Of a stretch of 64,000 nucleotides of DNA, positions 18,550-28,000 are shown piece by piece. Below the pieces are notes generated by a model. That model ran no database searches and had not been told where the DNA came from. It saw only the letters and a list, made by a program, of their open reading frames with translations. The stretch is from Bacilli bacterium (GTDB lineage: Bacteria; Bacillota_I; Bacilli_A; RFN20; CAG-826). Location of the stretch: the NCBI GenBank assembly GCA_017651165.1, contig JAGCDH010000012.1, positions 22,595-86,594 of the forward strand, given 5' to 3'. The translations under genes and the position numbers were made by a program. Positions within the stretch are counted from its first letter, which is position 1. Every line of letters begins with the position of its first letter.

Positions 18550-20526
18550 ATGCCAGGTCCACGTATTAGATCTTATGCTAGACCAAAGAAGGGCACGATT
18601 AAGCGTTTAATCAAATCCCTTTGGAAGCATTTTAAGTTTGAACTTATTATTTCGTTAATTACCTTATTCGTTTCGATTCTTGTCAACTTATGTGGCAGTA
18701 TTTTCGCTAGTTTAATTACACAAGTGGTAACAAACGCCGTTATTGAAGGTGCACCACACGTCTTTACTGGTTCATTTAACGCATCATTGCTTAATATCAT
18801 TCCACTTAAAACAAACTTAACTCAATTACTTATTGCTTTAAGCTGTATTTATGGTCTTGGTGTGATTTGTTCTTGGACATGGAACAGAACTATGGCGGTT
18901 GTTACACAAAAATATCTTAATCTTTTCCGTATTAAGATGTTCTCTCACATGCAAAAACTTCCAATCAAGTATTTTGATACACATCAAAACGGCGCGATTA
19001 TGTCTTTGTACACAAACGACATTGATACAATTAGACAATTAATCTCACAATCCTTACCAAATATTATCTCCACAGGTGTCACTGTCATTGGCTGTTTAAT
19101 GGTCATGCTGTTCCTTTCAATTTGGATGTCTCTTGTGGTCATCTTAGGTACTGTCGCGATGGTATTAAATACCAAGATAATCGGTGGACGTGCCTCACGT
19201 TTCTTCGTTGCTCAACAAGCAAGTGTTAGTAAAGTTGAAGGTGCGATAGAAGAAAGCATTACAGGCTTAAAAGTCATCAAAGTATTCACTCATGAAGAAG
19301 ATAGTTTGAAAGACTTTGAAAAGGTCAATGATGAATTATATGGTAACTCCACTAAAGCTAACATCGCTGGTAATATCATGATGCCAATCAACGGTAACAT
19401 TGGTAACTTCATGTATGTTTTCATTGCGATTTTAGGTTGTATCCTATATCTCACACCAGGAACATATAACTTATCATTAACTGGCTTTAGAGAAGTTTCA
19501 CCTGATGTCTTCTATGGCTTATTGTTAGTGCCATTCTTAATGCTTTGTAGAATGTTCACCAATAATATTGGTAACTTCTCACAACAAGTCACATTCGTGG
19601 TTATGGGTACCGCTGGTGCATCAAGGTGTTTTGATTTACTTGATGAAATCAGTGAAACAGATGATGGCTATGTTACTTTAGTGAATATTAAAAAGAATCC
19701 TGATGGCACATTTGAAGAAACGAGCGAAAGAACAAGAGATTATGCTTGGAAGCATCCACATAAAGCGGATGGCACGATTACATACACTGAGTTAAAAGGC
19801 GATATCGTTATCGATAATGTCGACTTCTCTTATGATGGCAAAAAGACCGTCCTTAAAGGTGTCAGTGTCTACGCTCACCCAGGTCAACAAATCGCTCTTG
19901 TCGGTGCGACAGGTGCGGGTAAGACCACGATCACGAACTTAATCAACAGATTCTATGACATCGCTGATGGCAAGATCAGATATGATGGCATTAATATCAA
20001 TAAAATTAAGAAAGATGACCTACGTCATTCTTTAGGCGTTATTTTACAAGATGTGAACTTATTCACAGGTACCGTTATGGAAAACATCCGTTATGGAAGA
20101 CTTGACGCTACTGACGAAGAAGTTTATGAAGCGGCAAAGATTGCTAATGCTTATGATTTCATCATGAGATTGCCACAAGGCTTTAACACCATGCTTTCTG
20201 GTGATGGTGCCAATCTCTCACAAGGTCAAAGACAATTGATTTCTATTGCTAGAGCTGCAGTTGCGGACGCACCAGTCATGATTCTTGATGAAGCGACATC
20301 CTCAATCGATACCAGAACCGAAAGACTAGTGCAAAAAGGTATGGATCAATTAATGAAAGGCAGAACAACATTCGTTATTGCTCATAGATTATCCACTATT
20401 CAAAATGCTGACTATATCTTGGTCTTAGACCATGGTGAAATTATCGAAAGAGGTAATCACGAATCCTTAATCGAACAAAAAGGCACCTATTATCAACTCT
20501 ATACAGGAGCCTTTGAACTCGAATAA
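18550..20526 (+). CDS. ABC exporter half (TMD+NBD, consensus-site partner)
   Basis: GATGAGKT, LSQGQRQ, ILDEATS, IAHRLST; ATG at 18550 with AGGAGG SD. Confidence 0.93.
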   Translation: MPGPRIRSYARPKKGTIKRLIKSLWKHFKFELIISLITLFVSILVNLCGSIFASLITQVVTNAVIEGAPHVFTGSFNASLLNIIPLKTNLTQLLIALSCIYGLGVICSWTWNRTMAVVTQKYLNLFRIKMFSHMQKLPIKYFDTHQNGAIMSLYTNDIDTIRQLISQSLPNIISTGVTVIGCLMVMLFLSIWMSLVVILGTVAMVLNTKIIGGRASRFFVAQQASVSKVEGAIEESITGLKVIKVFTHEEDSLKDFEKVNDELYGNSTKANIAGNIMMPINGNIGNFMYVFIAILGCILYLTPGTYNLSLTGFREVSPDVFYGLLLVPFLMLCRMFTNNIGNFSQQVTFVVMGTAGASRCFDLLDEISETDDGYVTLVNIKKNPDGTFEETSERTRDYAWKHPHKADGTITYTELKGDIVIDNVDFSYDGKKTVLKGVSVYAHPGQQIALVGATGAGKTTITNLINRFYDIADGKIRYDGININKIKKDDLRHSLGVILQDVNLFTGTVMENIRYGRLDATDEEVYEAAKIANAYDFIMRLPQGFNTMLSGDGANLSQGQRQLISIARAAVADAPVMILDEATSSIDTRTERLVQKGMDQLMKGRTTFVIAHRLSTIQNADYILVLDHGEIIERGNHESLIEQKGTYYQLYTGAFELE

Positions 20527-20969
20527 TGAAAACGATTATCTTTGTTTGTCATGGATCAATTTGCCGTAGCCCCGCTGCGGCATTTATTGCGAAGAAACAT
20601 TTAAAAGAAGCGGGACGTGAAAGCGATTTTAATATCTTAATACGCGCGACATCTAGCGAAGAAATCGGTAATGATGTCTATCCTCCGATGAAAAGAGAGC
20701 TCATTAGAAGAGGCATTCCTTTATTTCCACATCAAGCGACAAGAATTAGACAATCTGACTACGATAAAGCGGATTACATCTTTTGTATGGATGATGAAAA
20801 CTATTATTCATTGTTAAGACAGCTCGATGATTATAAACACATTATTTATCGCATTAATAAATACACTAAAGACATCTATGAAATAGAAGATCCTTGGTAT
20901 ACAGGAAGATATGAACTGGTTTGTGACCAAATAACTGACTGTATTCACGATATATTTGCTAATATCTAA
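20526..20969 (+). CDS. Low-molecular-weight protein phosphatase
   Basis: FVCHGSICRS P-loop (Ser where Asn is usual) and IEDPWY. Confidence 0.9.
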   Translation: MKTIIFVCHGSICRSPAAAFIAKKHLKEAGRESDFNILIRATSSEEIGNDVYPPMKRELIRRGIPLFPHQATRIRQSDYDKADYIFCMDDENYYSLLRQLDDYKHIIYRINKYTKDIYEIEDPWYTGRYELVCDQITDCIHDIFANI

Positions 20970-20971
20970 TT

Positions 20972-22036
20972 ATGGTTATAGATAAAAATCCGGAATTACT
21001 TAAAGAGATTCAAAACATCATTAGCGTTAATAACATCAATATGAATGTCGCGGATATGCTAATGAATGTTTTTTCTTATACCGATATTATCGACCCTAAC
21101 GAAGTTAACCAATATATCAAAGAAGGCTGGTCAGAAAACGAAGCTATCTTAAATATCCTTTATGATTATTTGGGTTTGAATAAGGATGATAAAGATAATC
21201 AAGAAGTGATGGAAAAGTATGTTTTAAATAATTTGAAGCGTCTTAATCCTAATGATTATTTAAACAATCCTTATGTTAAAGCTATTAAAGATTCAGGCAA
21301 GAACAAGAAATATGCTTTGAAATATATCAATTATTATCCTTATCAACTATTTGCCTATGACGATATCAAAATGCAGGGCTATGAAGAGTTTAGTCAGATT
21401 GGTTATTTCGTTTCTAAATTCCCCTATTTAGCGTTAACCCAAGGCAATAATATTTGGATGTCATTAAATCCTAATGAAATAGAGACGATGAAACCTTTTA
21501 TTAATAAAGGTAAAGGCCACGTTTTAGTGCTCGGTTTAGGTATGGGTTATGTTCCATATATGCTTTCACTTAAAAAAGAAGTTAAAAGCATTACCATTAT
21601 TGAAAAGGACGAAGACGTGATTGAATTATTTAATAAATTAATCTGGCCAAAGTTCGTCAATAAAGAAAAGATTAAGATTATCAAAGATGATGCGATTAAA
21701 TATATTGAAAAGAATCATCAATATGATTATATCTTCGCGGATCTTTGGCATGACCCAGAAGATGGCTTACCTTTATTCGTTAGTTTAAAAAGAATTAATA
21801 AAGACATCGATTGTTGGCTCAATACATCGATGTACGCCTTATTAAGAAGGTGCATGATTACTTTATTAGAGGAAACAATAAACGGCGCTACAGAGGGCGA
21901 TTATCAGTTTGCTAAAATCTATACTGATAAAGTCATTAATCAGTACTATCAAAAAACAAAAAACCTTCCTATTAACAATAAGGAAGATTTAGATAACTTA
22001 TTAAAAGATGAAACGTTATTATCTTTAGTGCTTTGA
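20972..22036 (+). CDS. Putative class I SAM-binding (methyltransferase or spermidine synthase-like) protein
   Basis: VLVLGLGMGY, ITIIEKD, IIKDDA, YDYIFADLW motifs. Confidence 0.7.
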   Translation: MVIDKNPELLKEIQNIISVNNINMNVADMLMNVFSYTDIIDPNEVNQYIKEGWSENEAILNILYDYLGLNKDDKDNQEVMEKYVLNNLKRLNPNDYLNNPYVKAIKDSGKNKKYALKYINYYPYQLFAYDDIKMQGYEEFSQIGYFVSKFPYLALTQGNNIWMSLNPNEIETMKPFINKGKGHVLVLGLGMGYVPYMLSLKKEVKSITIIEKDEDVIELFNKLIWPKFVNKEKIKIIKDDAIKYIEKNHQYDYIFADLWHDPEDGLPLFVSLKRINKDIDCWLNTSMYALLRRCMITLLEETINGATEGDYQFAKIYTDKVINQYYQKTKNLPINNKEDLDNLLKDETLLSLVL

Positions 22037-22840
22037 TTTAGTGACTAAGAAGATTACTAAAGCGGCGACCACTAATAAGAAGAGAACGACCATCATGATG
22101 ACTAGTAAACCATTGCCGTTTTTCTTTGGTTTATTATCGTCAAAGTAATAATCCTTCTTATGTTTTCTAATAGCGAAGATATCTTTAAAGAATTTTAAAG
22201 ATGATTTAATAGGAGAAACCGTACTACCACGGTCATCGCTCCAAGTAATACCTAATTCATACATTGAAAGGTTATTTAATTTGGCGATATAGATATATTC
22301 AACATCAAAAGCGAAGTTATTAACTTGTTGCTTAGCTACAATCTGTTTAGCAACATCTGTTCTCATTGCTTTAAAGCCACATTGTGTGTCTTTAAATTTA
22401 GTGTGGAATAACATCTTCACTAATAAGCGACAGCAACGGCCAATAAAGACTCTTAAGAAAGGCTGTTTTTTCTTAATGACACTGCCTTTAGCGTGTCTTG
22501 AACCAATGATTAAATCATAGTTTGGCGCTAACTCTACGACTTTTTCAATCGCGGAAATATCAGTGGACAAATCAGCGTCCATAAATAAGACGTAATCGCC
22601 TGTCGCGGACTCAATGCCGTATTTAACCGCGCCACCTTTACCGCGATTCTTTTCATAGGAAAGCGCTCTCACGCCCTCAATGGATTCAATTACTTCTTTG
22701 GTGTTATCTTTGCTGCCATCATTAACTAAGATTAATTCGTGATCAATCTTTTTATCTTTTAGATAGGCCTTAACTTTCTCGATATTTGAAGCGATATCTT
22801 TCGCTTCGTTATAACATGGAATAACAATACTTAGTTTCAT
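22025..22840 (-). CDS. Polyprenyl-phosphate glycosyltransferase (GT2, Dol-P-Glc synthase-like) with C-terminal TM
   Basis: IVIPCYNE, NDGSKD, NRGKG, FMDADL, DTQCGFK, FAFDVE. Confidence 0.88.
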   Translation of the reverse strand: MKLSIVIPCYNEAKDIASNIEKVKAYLKDKKIDHELILVNDGSKDNTKEVIESIEGVRALSYEKNRGKGGAVKYGIESATGDYVLFMDADLSTDISAIEKVVELAPNYDLIIGSRHAKGSVIKKKQPFLRVFIGRCCRLLVKMLFHTKFKDTQCGFKAMRTDVAKQIVAKQQVNNFAFDVEYIYIAKLNNLSMYELGITWSDDRGSTVSPIKSSLKFFKDIFAIRKHKKDYYFDDNKPKKNGNGLLVIMMVVLFLLVVAALVIFLVTKSKH

Positions 22841-22909
22841 ATCCATATTATTCTAATTAATAAAAGTAAATAATGCTATAATAAAGCGACAAAAAAGGAT
22901 GATAGAGAT

Positions 22910-23338
22910 ATGAATCTAGCAAAGTTAAGAGAAAAGCTCCTTGAAACCGGAGCCAAAATTGGTTTTCAAGTTGAAAATGAAACTTCTAAAGAATTAACAA
23001 TGCACGCTGAACTTGTGGCGAGCAAATATTTTAAAAAAGCAGTCTATCTTCGTATGGTCTTCTTCGCCAGTGGCACAATTCACGTCTTCCTCACATTCGA
23101 TAAGATTGAAAAGACATATGATAATTTCTTCTTAATTAATAAACTCAATGAAGAAAATCCATGGTTTAGAGCCTATATTGTTAATTTAAATAACGATGAC
23201 TATCTTGAACTTCATTATGTCGCTGTCGATGTAGAAAAAGAAGAACAAGCAATGGATACAGTGGCGTTCTTGCTCAACGAAGTCTTAGAGGAATCCATTC
23301 AACAATACTTAAGGCCAATCTTAAAAAACAGTAAGTAA
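22910..23338 (+). CDS. Hypothetical protein (possibly YbjN-like fold)
   Basis: 142-aa ORF with SD and terminator; LINKLN..PWFRAYI pattern is only reminiscent of YbjN. Confidence 0.55.
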   Translation: MNLAKLREKLLETGAKIGFQVENETSKELTMHAELVASKYFKKAVYLRMVFFASGTIHVFLTFDKIEKTYDNFFLINKLNEENPWFRAYIVNLNNDDYLELHYVAVDVEKEEQAMDTVAFLLNEVLEESIQQYLRPILKNSK

Positions 23339-23348
23339 AAGAGTAAAG

Positions 23349-23385
23349 AAAAAGGAGAGTCAATTACAACTCTCCTTTTATTTTT
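23349..23385. terminator. Bidirectional terminator
   Basis: AAAAGGAGAG-loop-CTCTCCTTTT. Confidence 0.75.
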
Positions 23386-23394
23386 GTTTTTTAG

Positions 23395-26300
23395 CTATTC
23401 AGCGGCTTCAACCTTTTCTTCGGTTGGAGTTTCTTTAGTTTCTTCTGAAACTTGGCCTTTTTTAGCTTTTTTGGCTTTTGGTTTAGCGCGTAATGCGGTA
23501 AAGATCATGAAGAAGCCCCAAACTAATAAGAGACCAACAATACCCCATTCAACACCATTAAGGACCACTCTCCAAACAGCTGGCTTATAACCAATGATGT
23601 CGACTTTAATCGCACAAGAATTGGCTAAAGCATATAAAGTATTATGCGCAGCTCTTCTTAAGAGAACGACGTCTTTTGCATTTGTCTTGGAGACATTGTC
23701 ATAATCGCCACCAGATGTTTTAAGCATAATCTTTTCATCTGAGCAAAGACTGATGTCACCACCACCGTAGAGCATTTGTCTGCTATCCATATAGTCAGAA
23801 GCTTCTGTCTTATAGTCGCAGATAATTGAACCGACAAAGCCCCATTCTTTTCTAAGAATCTTTGTGCATAAACGATAGCTACCACCAGCCCATTCGACAC
23901 CGATACGGTTGAATGATGTCATTAAGCCACGTGGTTTACCTTCTTTAACAGCGATTTCAAACGCTCTTAAATAGTTTTCACGCATTGCTTGTTCATCACA
24001 CCATGTAGCAATACCTTTTGCGTCTCTATGTGTTTCTTGGTCGTTTAAGGCGTAGTGCTTAAGGTTAGCATAGACACCTTTTTCTTGGACGCCAAGAATG
24101 ACTTTAGCGGCGAACTTACCATTTAACCAAGAATCTTCTGAATAATATTCAGTATTACGGCCAGAGAATGGTGAACGGTGAATGTTAACGGCTGGAGCAT
24201 ACCAACCTGGATATGATAAGCCATCACCACGTTCGTTACCGATTAAAGCTTCATTACCAACGGCATGAGCTTGTTCTGTGGCTAATTCAAGGTTATATGT
24301 TTGCGCTAATAAGCATTCAGAGCAGTAATAGCAGCAACCATAAACTGGAGGTTTTTGGCCAACGTCTAAGACGGTACCTAAGAAGCTCACTAAGCCAGTA
24401 GGACCATCAACAGATGTGGTTTTTGGAATACCTAAACGGAGAATATCTTTTGTGGAATAGCAGCCATAGTTGAAGATGGCTAACATTTCTTCAAAAGTCA
24501 TTTGATTGAGGAATTCTTCCCATTTGGCATCGTTATATTCTTTTCCGAATAAATCTTTTAACTGAATTAAAGTTCCTGATTCTGGTGTATAACCGGTGAC
24601 TGGCATAGAGTCTGCTGGTTCATCGTTTTCAGTATAGGAACGTTGGGTGTTCTTTAATTCTCTTAAACCATCAGCATCAAGAGTACGTTCTTCTTTAGTA
24701 ATCATTTTTGGGAAAGTATTCTTGAAATCTCTACGAGATAAGCTTTCGTTGACGTTCATATGGGATGTCACGTCATCGAATAATGGTTCAACTTTTGTGC
24801 CTGTGACTGGGTCATTATTCCAGAAATAGTCACTCGCTAAAGTTTTGGAAAATGTTCCAAAATCATCGTGAGCGTTGATGCCAGCATGGAATATGTATTC
24901 ACCAGCATCTAATTCCCAGCCCTTATTGCCATTACCATTGGCGTCGTGATTATCAAAACTAGCAAAGTCATATGGATTAACAGTAATCTTGACATCATCG
25001 TGTTCGCCTGCCTTGATGAGATCTGTTTTAGCAAAACCAACAAGAACCTTGTATGGTTTTTCAATCTTACCTGCGGTATATGGAGCTTCGGCATATAATT
25101 GCACGACTTGTTTGCCGGCAACTGGGCCATTATTAGTCACTCTGATATTCACTTCAAATGTTTCAGCAGGATTTAAAGCGCCCGATAAAGCGGCAACGTT
25201 GGTAATTTCTTGTTCAAATTCTGTATAGCTTAAGCCATAACCGAATGGATAAACGACTTGTTTGCTATAATCGAATCCTTCGTAGTTACCATTTTTGGCT
25301 TCGTGATCAGCGGTTTCGTAATAACGATAGCCTTGATAAATATTTTCTTCGTATTCAACAAGGAAGAAGTCTGTACCAACAAGCTTGCTGTTTTTAACTT
25401 GTAAATATTGGTCGCCTTCAAAGGCTTCTGGAGTAACACCATCGTCTTTATATTCTTGGAAGTTACCACCAAAGTTTTGCCATGTTGGATCCTTATCGTA
25501 TTTTGTATAAATAGTATCAACTGTGCGACCAGAAGGGTTGACTGCACCAGTGAGAATTTCACCTAAAGCCATAATACCTTCAGCGCCAGGGCTACCGATA
25601 ACGATAGCACCATCGACATATTTACCAAAATCATTGTAATCAGTACCACTAGCGGTTTCTTCTTTTAAGAAGCCGACGTCAATATAGTTGGAACCGTTTA
25701 ATAAAATAATGATGTGTTGGAATTTGCCGGATTGGGCAATTGTTTTTAATAACTTTCTTTCGTAGTTATTTAATTCGAGATAATGACGTGTTGGGTCACC
25801 ACCGCCATCTTCTGTATCTTGGACACGTGGTAAATCCCATGTTTCACCAGCGATACGGGAGAAGACAACTAACGCTGCATCACCATATTCATTAAATGAA
25901 TTAGTGACTTCAGGAGTAAATCTATCTGGATCTGTTTCACCAATCTTTAAAGTTAAAGAAGAGGAAGCGCTATCCATGGCTGGGTTTTCACTACGGCCTT
26001 TACCAGATTTGGAATTGTCTTCATAGAATTCTCTAAGAACTTGGTTGTATTCGATATCTAAATCTTTTGCTGATAAAGAATCAAAAATTGTTTTCTTTTC
26101 AATGTTCTTATCTGGAGCGGCAGAGCCAGAACCACCATAAACTAGATTAACGGAGTTTTTGCCAAAGACAGAAACTTTAATCTTGCCACTGGCACCCTTC
26201 TGTAATGGTAAGGCTGGCACGTCACCTTTCTTTTCGTTCTTTAAAAGAACCATGCCTTCTTCACAAATCTTCTTTGTGATTTTGTCGCCGTTTTCACGAG

Positions 26301-26517
26301 CTTTATCTTTAGTTTCAAATTCTTGGCCGAAATCAATATCTGTTTCACCATCAGCGGTAATTGGTCTCTTACCACCAAAGATTTGATCTAAAGTTGGGGC
26401 AAATCTACCGACTGCAACATTGTTAGCAATAACAAGCGCTACAAGTAAGACAACGGTAAATCCTGCCCAAATGAAGACACGTGCTTTAAGAAGTTTTTTT
26501 AATATTTTCATTTTCAA
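23395..26517 (-). CDS. GH3 beta-glycosidase, permuted order (C-domain, Fn3-like, TIM barrel), N- and C-terminal TM
   Basis: EGMVLLKN, YPFGYGLSYT, VDGP, HRSPFSGRNTEYYSED, KHYALNDQE, LRKEWGF, ICDY nucleophile region. Confidence 0.93.
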   Translation of the reverse strand: MKMKILKKLLKARVFIWAGFTVVLLVALVIANNVAVGRFAPTLDQIFGGKRPITADGETDIDFGQEFETKDKARENGDKITKKICEEGMVLLKNEKKGDVPALPLQKGASGKIKVSVFGKNSVNLVYGGSGSAAPDKNIEKKTIFDSLSAKDLDIEYNQVLREFYEDNSKSGKGRSENPAMDSASSSLTLKIGETDPDRFTPEVTNSFNEYGDAALVVFSRIAGETWDLPRVQDTEDGGGDPTRHYLELNNYERKLLKTIAQSGKFQHIIILLNGSNYIDVGFLKEETASGTDYNDFGKYVDGAIVIGSPGAEGIMALGEILTGAVNPSGRTVDTIYTKYDKDPTWQNFGGNFQEYKDDGVTPEAFEGDQYLQVKNSKLVGTDFFLVEYEENIYQGYRYYETADHEAKNGNYEGFDYSKQVVYPFGYGLSYTEFEQEITNVAALSGALNPAETFEVNIRVTNNGPVAGKQVVQLYAEAPYTAGKIEKPYKVLVGFAKTDLIKAGEHDDVKITVNPYDFASFDNHDANGNGNKGWELDAGEYIFHAGINAHDDFGTFSKTLASDYFWNNDPVTGTKVEPLFDDVTSHMNVNESLSRRDFKNTFPKMITKEERTLDADGLRELKNTQRSYTENDEPADSMPVTGYTPESGTLIQLKDLFGKEYNDAKWEEFLNQMTFEEMLAIFNYGCYSTKDILRLGIPKTTSVDGPTGLVSFLGTVLDVGQKPPVYGCCYYCSECLLAQTYNLELATEQAHAVGNEALIGNERGDGLSYPGWYAPAVNIHRSPFSGRNTEYYSEDSWLNGKFAAKVILGVQEKGVYANLKHYALNDQETHRDAKGIATWCDEQAMRENYLRAFEIAVKEGKPRGLMTSFNRIGVEWAGGSYRLCTKILRKEWGFVGSIICDYKTEASDYMDSRQMLYGGGDISLCSDEKIMLKTSGGDYDNVSKTNAKDVVLLRRAAHNTLYALANSCAIKVDIIGYKPAVWRVVLNGVEWGIVGLLLVWGFFMIFTALRAKPKAKKAKKGQVSEETKETPTEEKVEAAE

Positions 26518-26546
26518 AAATCCTCTTTAAGTTTTTAAGTTTTAAA

Positions 26547-27776
26547 TTATTTATCCATGACAGAAATATCAGCATCTGCCCATTCGATTGTGCTAGAAGT
26601 AAATAATTTGAAGCAGTCAAAGACTGGAGCTTGAGCAACTAATGAGTTACCGGAACCAACGAAGTCGTTGTTGTCAACGAGGAACTTAAGGGTGTTTGTA
26701 CCTTTTTTCAAAGAAACGTTGGTGTTTAAGACATAGTCTTGGAATGTGAAGTACTTATTGAAAATAACGTTGTGAATATTGAGGTTACCATATTCCACTA
26801 ATTCGTTGTTAAGGTAGACTTTACATTTTTGATCGCTAATTGCGCAAACTAATTCGCCGTCTTGGCCATCTAAGCCATATTCAGCGCAAGCTCTCATTGC
26901 GAGAACGACATTGCTAGCAGCTTCAGAAGCGGTGAATTCCCATTCTAAGAAGTTGCCTTGAATGTGCATATTGTGGACAAAGCCACCGAATGTCTTTTCA
27001 TATTCATCGGAATCGGTCGCATATCTTGCTTCTTGGTTTTCATCCCAAATGTAATTACCAGAGGCTTTTAATGGGTTTTCATTAATTGAGCTGTGAGAAT
27101 CACGAGCAGTCATACCTCTACCTTGAGAACCACCAGAATATGTTGCACCTTTCATTGTTAAAATGTTCGGGCAAAGTTCACCTTCAAGGGCTTGAGCTTG
27201 GAGAGAAGAATCAATAAATAATGGTTCGAATGTTAAATCTTGCATGACCAATTTTAATTGCTTATCTTCGAAATCCCAAATTTGACCACCATTGTTTGTG
27301 GCTCTCCAGCCATAGAATGTTTTGCCGCTTGGCGCGATTGGATCGGCTGGCTTGGTTAATGTTTCACCTCTATTGATGTATTGGGTAGCAAGAGCGCCTT
27401 CAACACCACTAAATGTGACGGTGTACTTATCGTTCCATTTCGCCGACAAGGTAATGTTTTTGGTCACTTTAGAAAGTTCAAAAGACCAAATTGCGTTATC
27501 GGAGTCATACCAACCAAGGAATTGGTAAGCGCCTTTCACTGGATCATTTCTTGTTGGATCGGTAGGTTTGGTCGCATAACCATTGTGTTGAACGATTTGA
27601 TCTTCAATGGTTTCTGCACCACCATTTGTGTCGAATTTCACGGTGTAAGGACCTTTTGTTGTTTGGCTAGTGGAAGTAGGAACTTTTGATGTAGGATCTT
27701 TTCCACCATTGCCGCCACCGCAGGCGGCCAACATCATCGAACAGAGGATTACACCTAAGAGTACGGTTTTTTTCAT
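26547..27776 (-). CDS. Lipoprotein with two InlB B-type (Listeria-Bacteroides) repeats and a CBM6/35-like C-terminal domain
   Basis: LAAC lipobox; YTVKFDTNGG..P.DP..YQFLGWY..W.F..VTKNITL.AKW repeats; EGE...VSLKKGTNTLKF pattern. Confidence 0.7.
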   Translation of the reverse strand: MKKTVLLGVILCSMMLAACGGGNGGKDPTSKVPTSTSQTTKGPYTVKFDTNGGAETIEDQIVQHNGYATKPTDPTRNDPVKGAYQFLGWYDSDNAIWSFELSKVTKNITLSAKWNDKYTVTFSGVEGALATQYINRGETLTKPADPIAPSGKTFYGWRATNNGGQIWDFEDKQLKLVMQDLTFEPLFIDSSLQAQALEGELCPNILTMKGATYSGGSQGRGMTARDSHSSINENPLKASGNYIWDENQEARYATDSDEYEKTFGGFVHNMHIQGNFLEWEFTASEAASNVVLAMRACAEYGLDGQDGELVCAISDQKCKVYLNNELVEYGNLNIHNVIFNKYFTFQDYVLNTNVSLKKGTNTLKFLVDNNDFVGSGNSLVAQAPVFDCFKLFTSSTIEWADADISVMDK

Positions 27777-27938
27777 AATTACAATAATTATTCAGATAAC
27801 CCTAGCTTAACTGCTGAATAACATTCTCCTTTCTAGGGTTTTTATAATAACTTCGCCATAATCTAGATGATATATGGTGTTGGTTTATTAACAATTTTAT
27901 TATATATAATATTACTTCGAAATAATATATGATGATAT

Positions 27939-27985
27939 GCACGAAACTGCTAGGGCCGCTTTGACCCTAGCAGTTGTGCTTTTTT
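27939..27985. terminator. Strong hairpin after the second GH3 gene; T tract only on the plus strand
   Basis: AACTGCTAGGG (27945-55) / CCCTAGCAGTT (27965-75), extended by GCAC/GTGC. Confidence 0.6.
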
Positions 27986-28000
27986 ATTGTGCTTTATCGA

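Noticed and set aside
27788-27840. Invertible DNA switch defined by the two inverted-repeat pairs
   Set aside because: The arms are only 8 bp, no recombinase is nearby, and inverting the inner segment by hand still gives an in-frame stop
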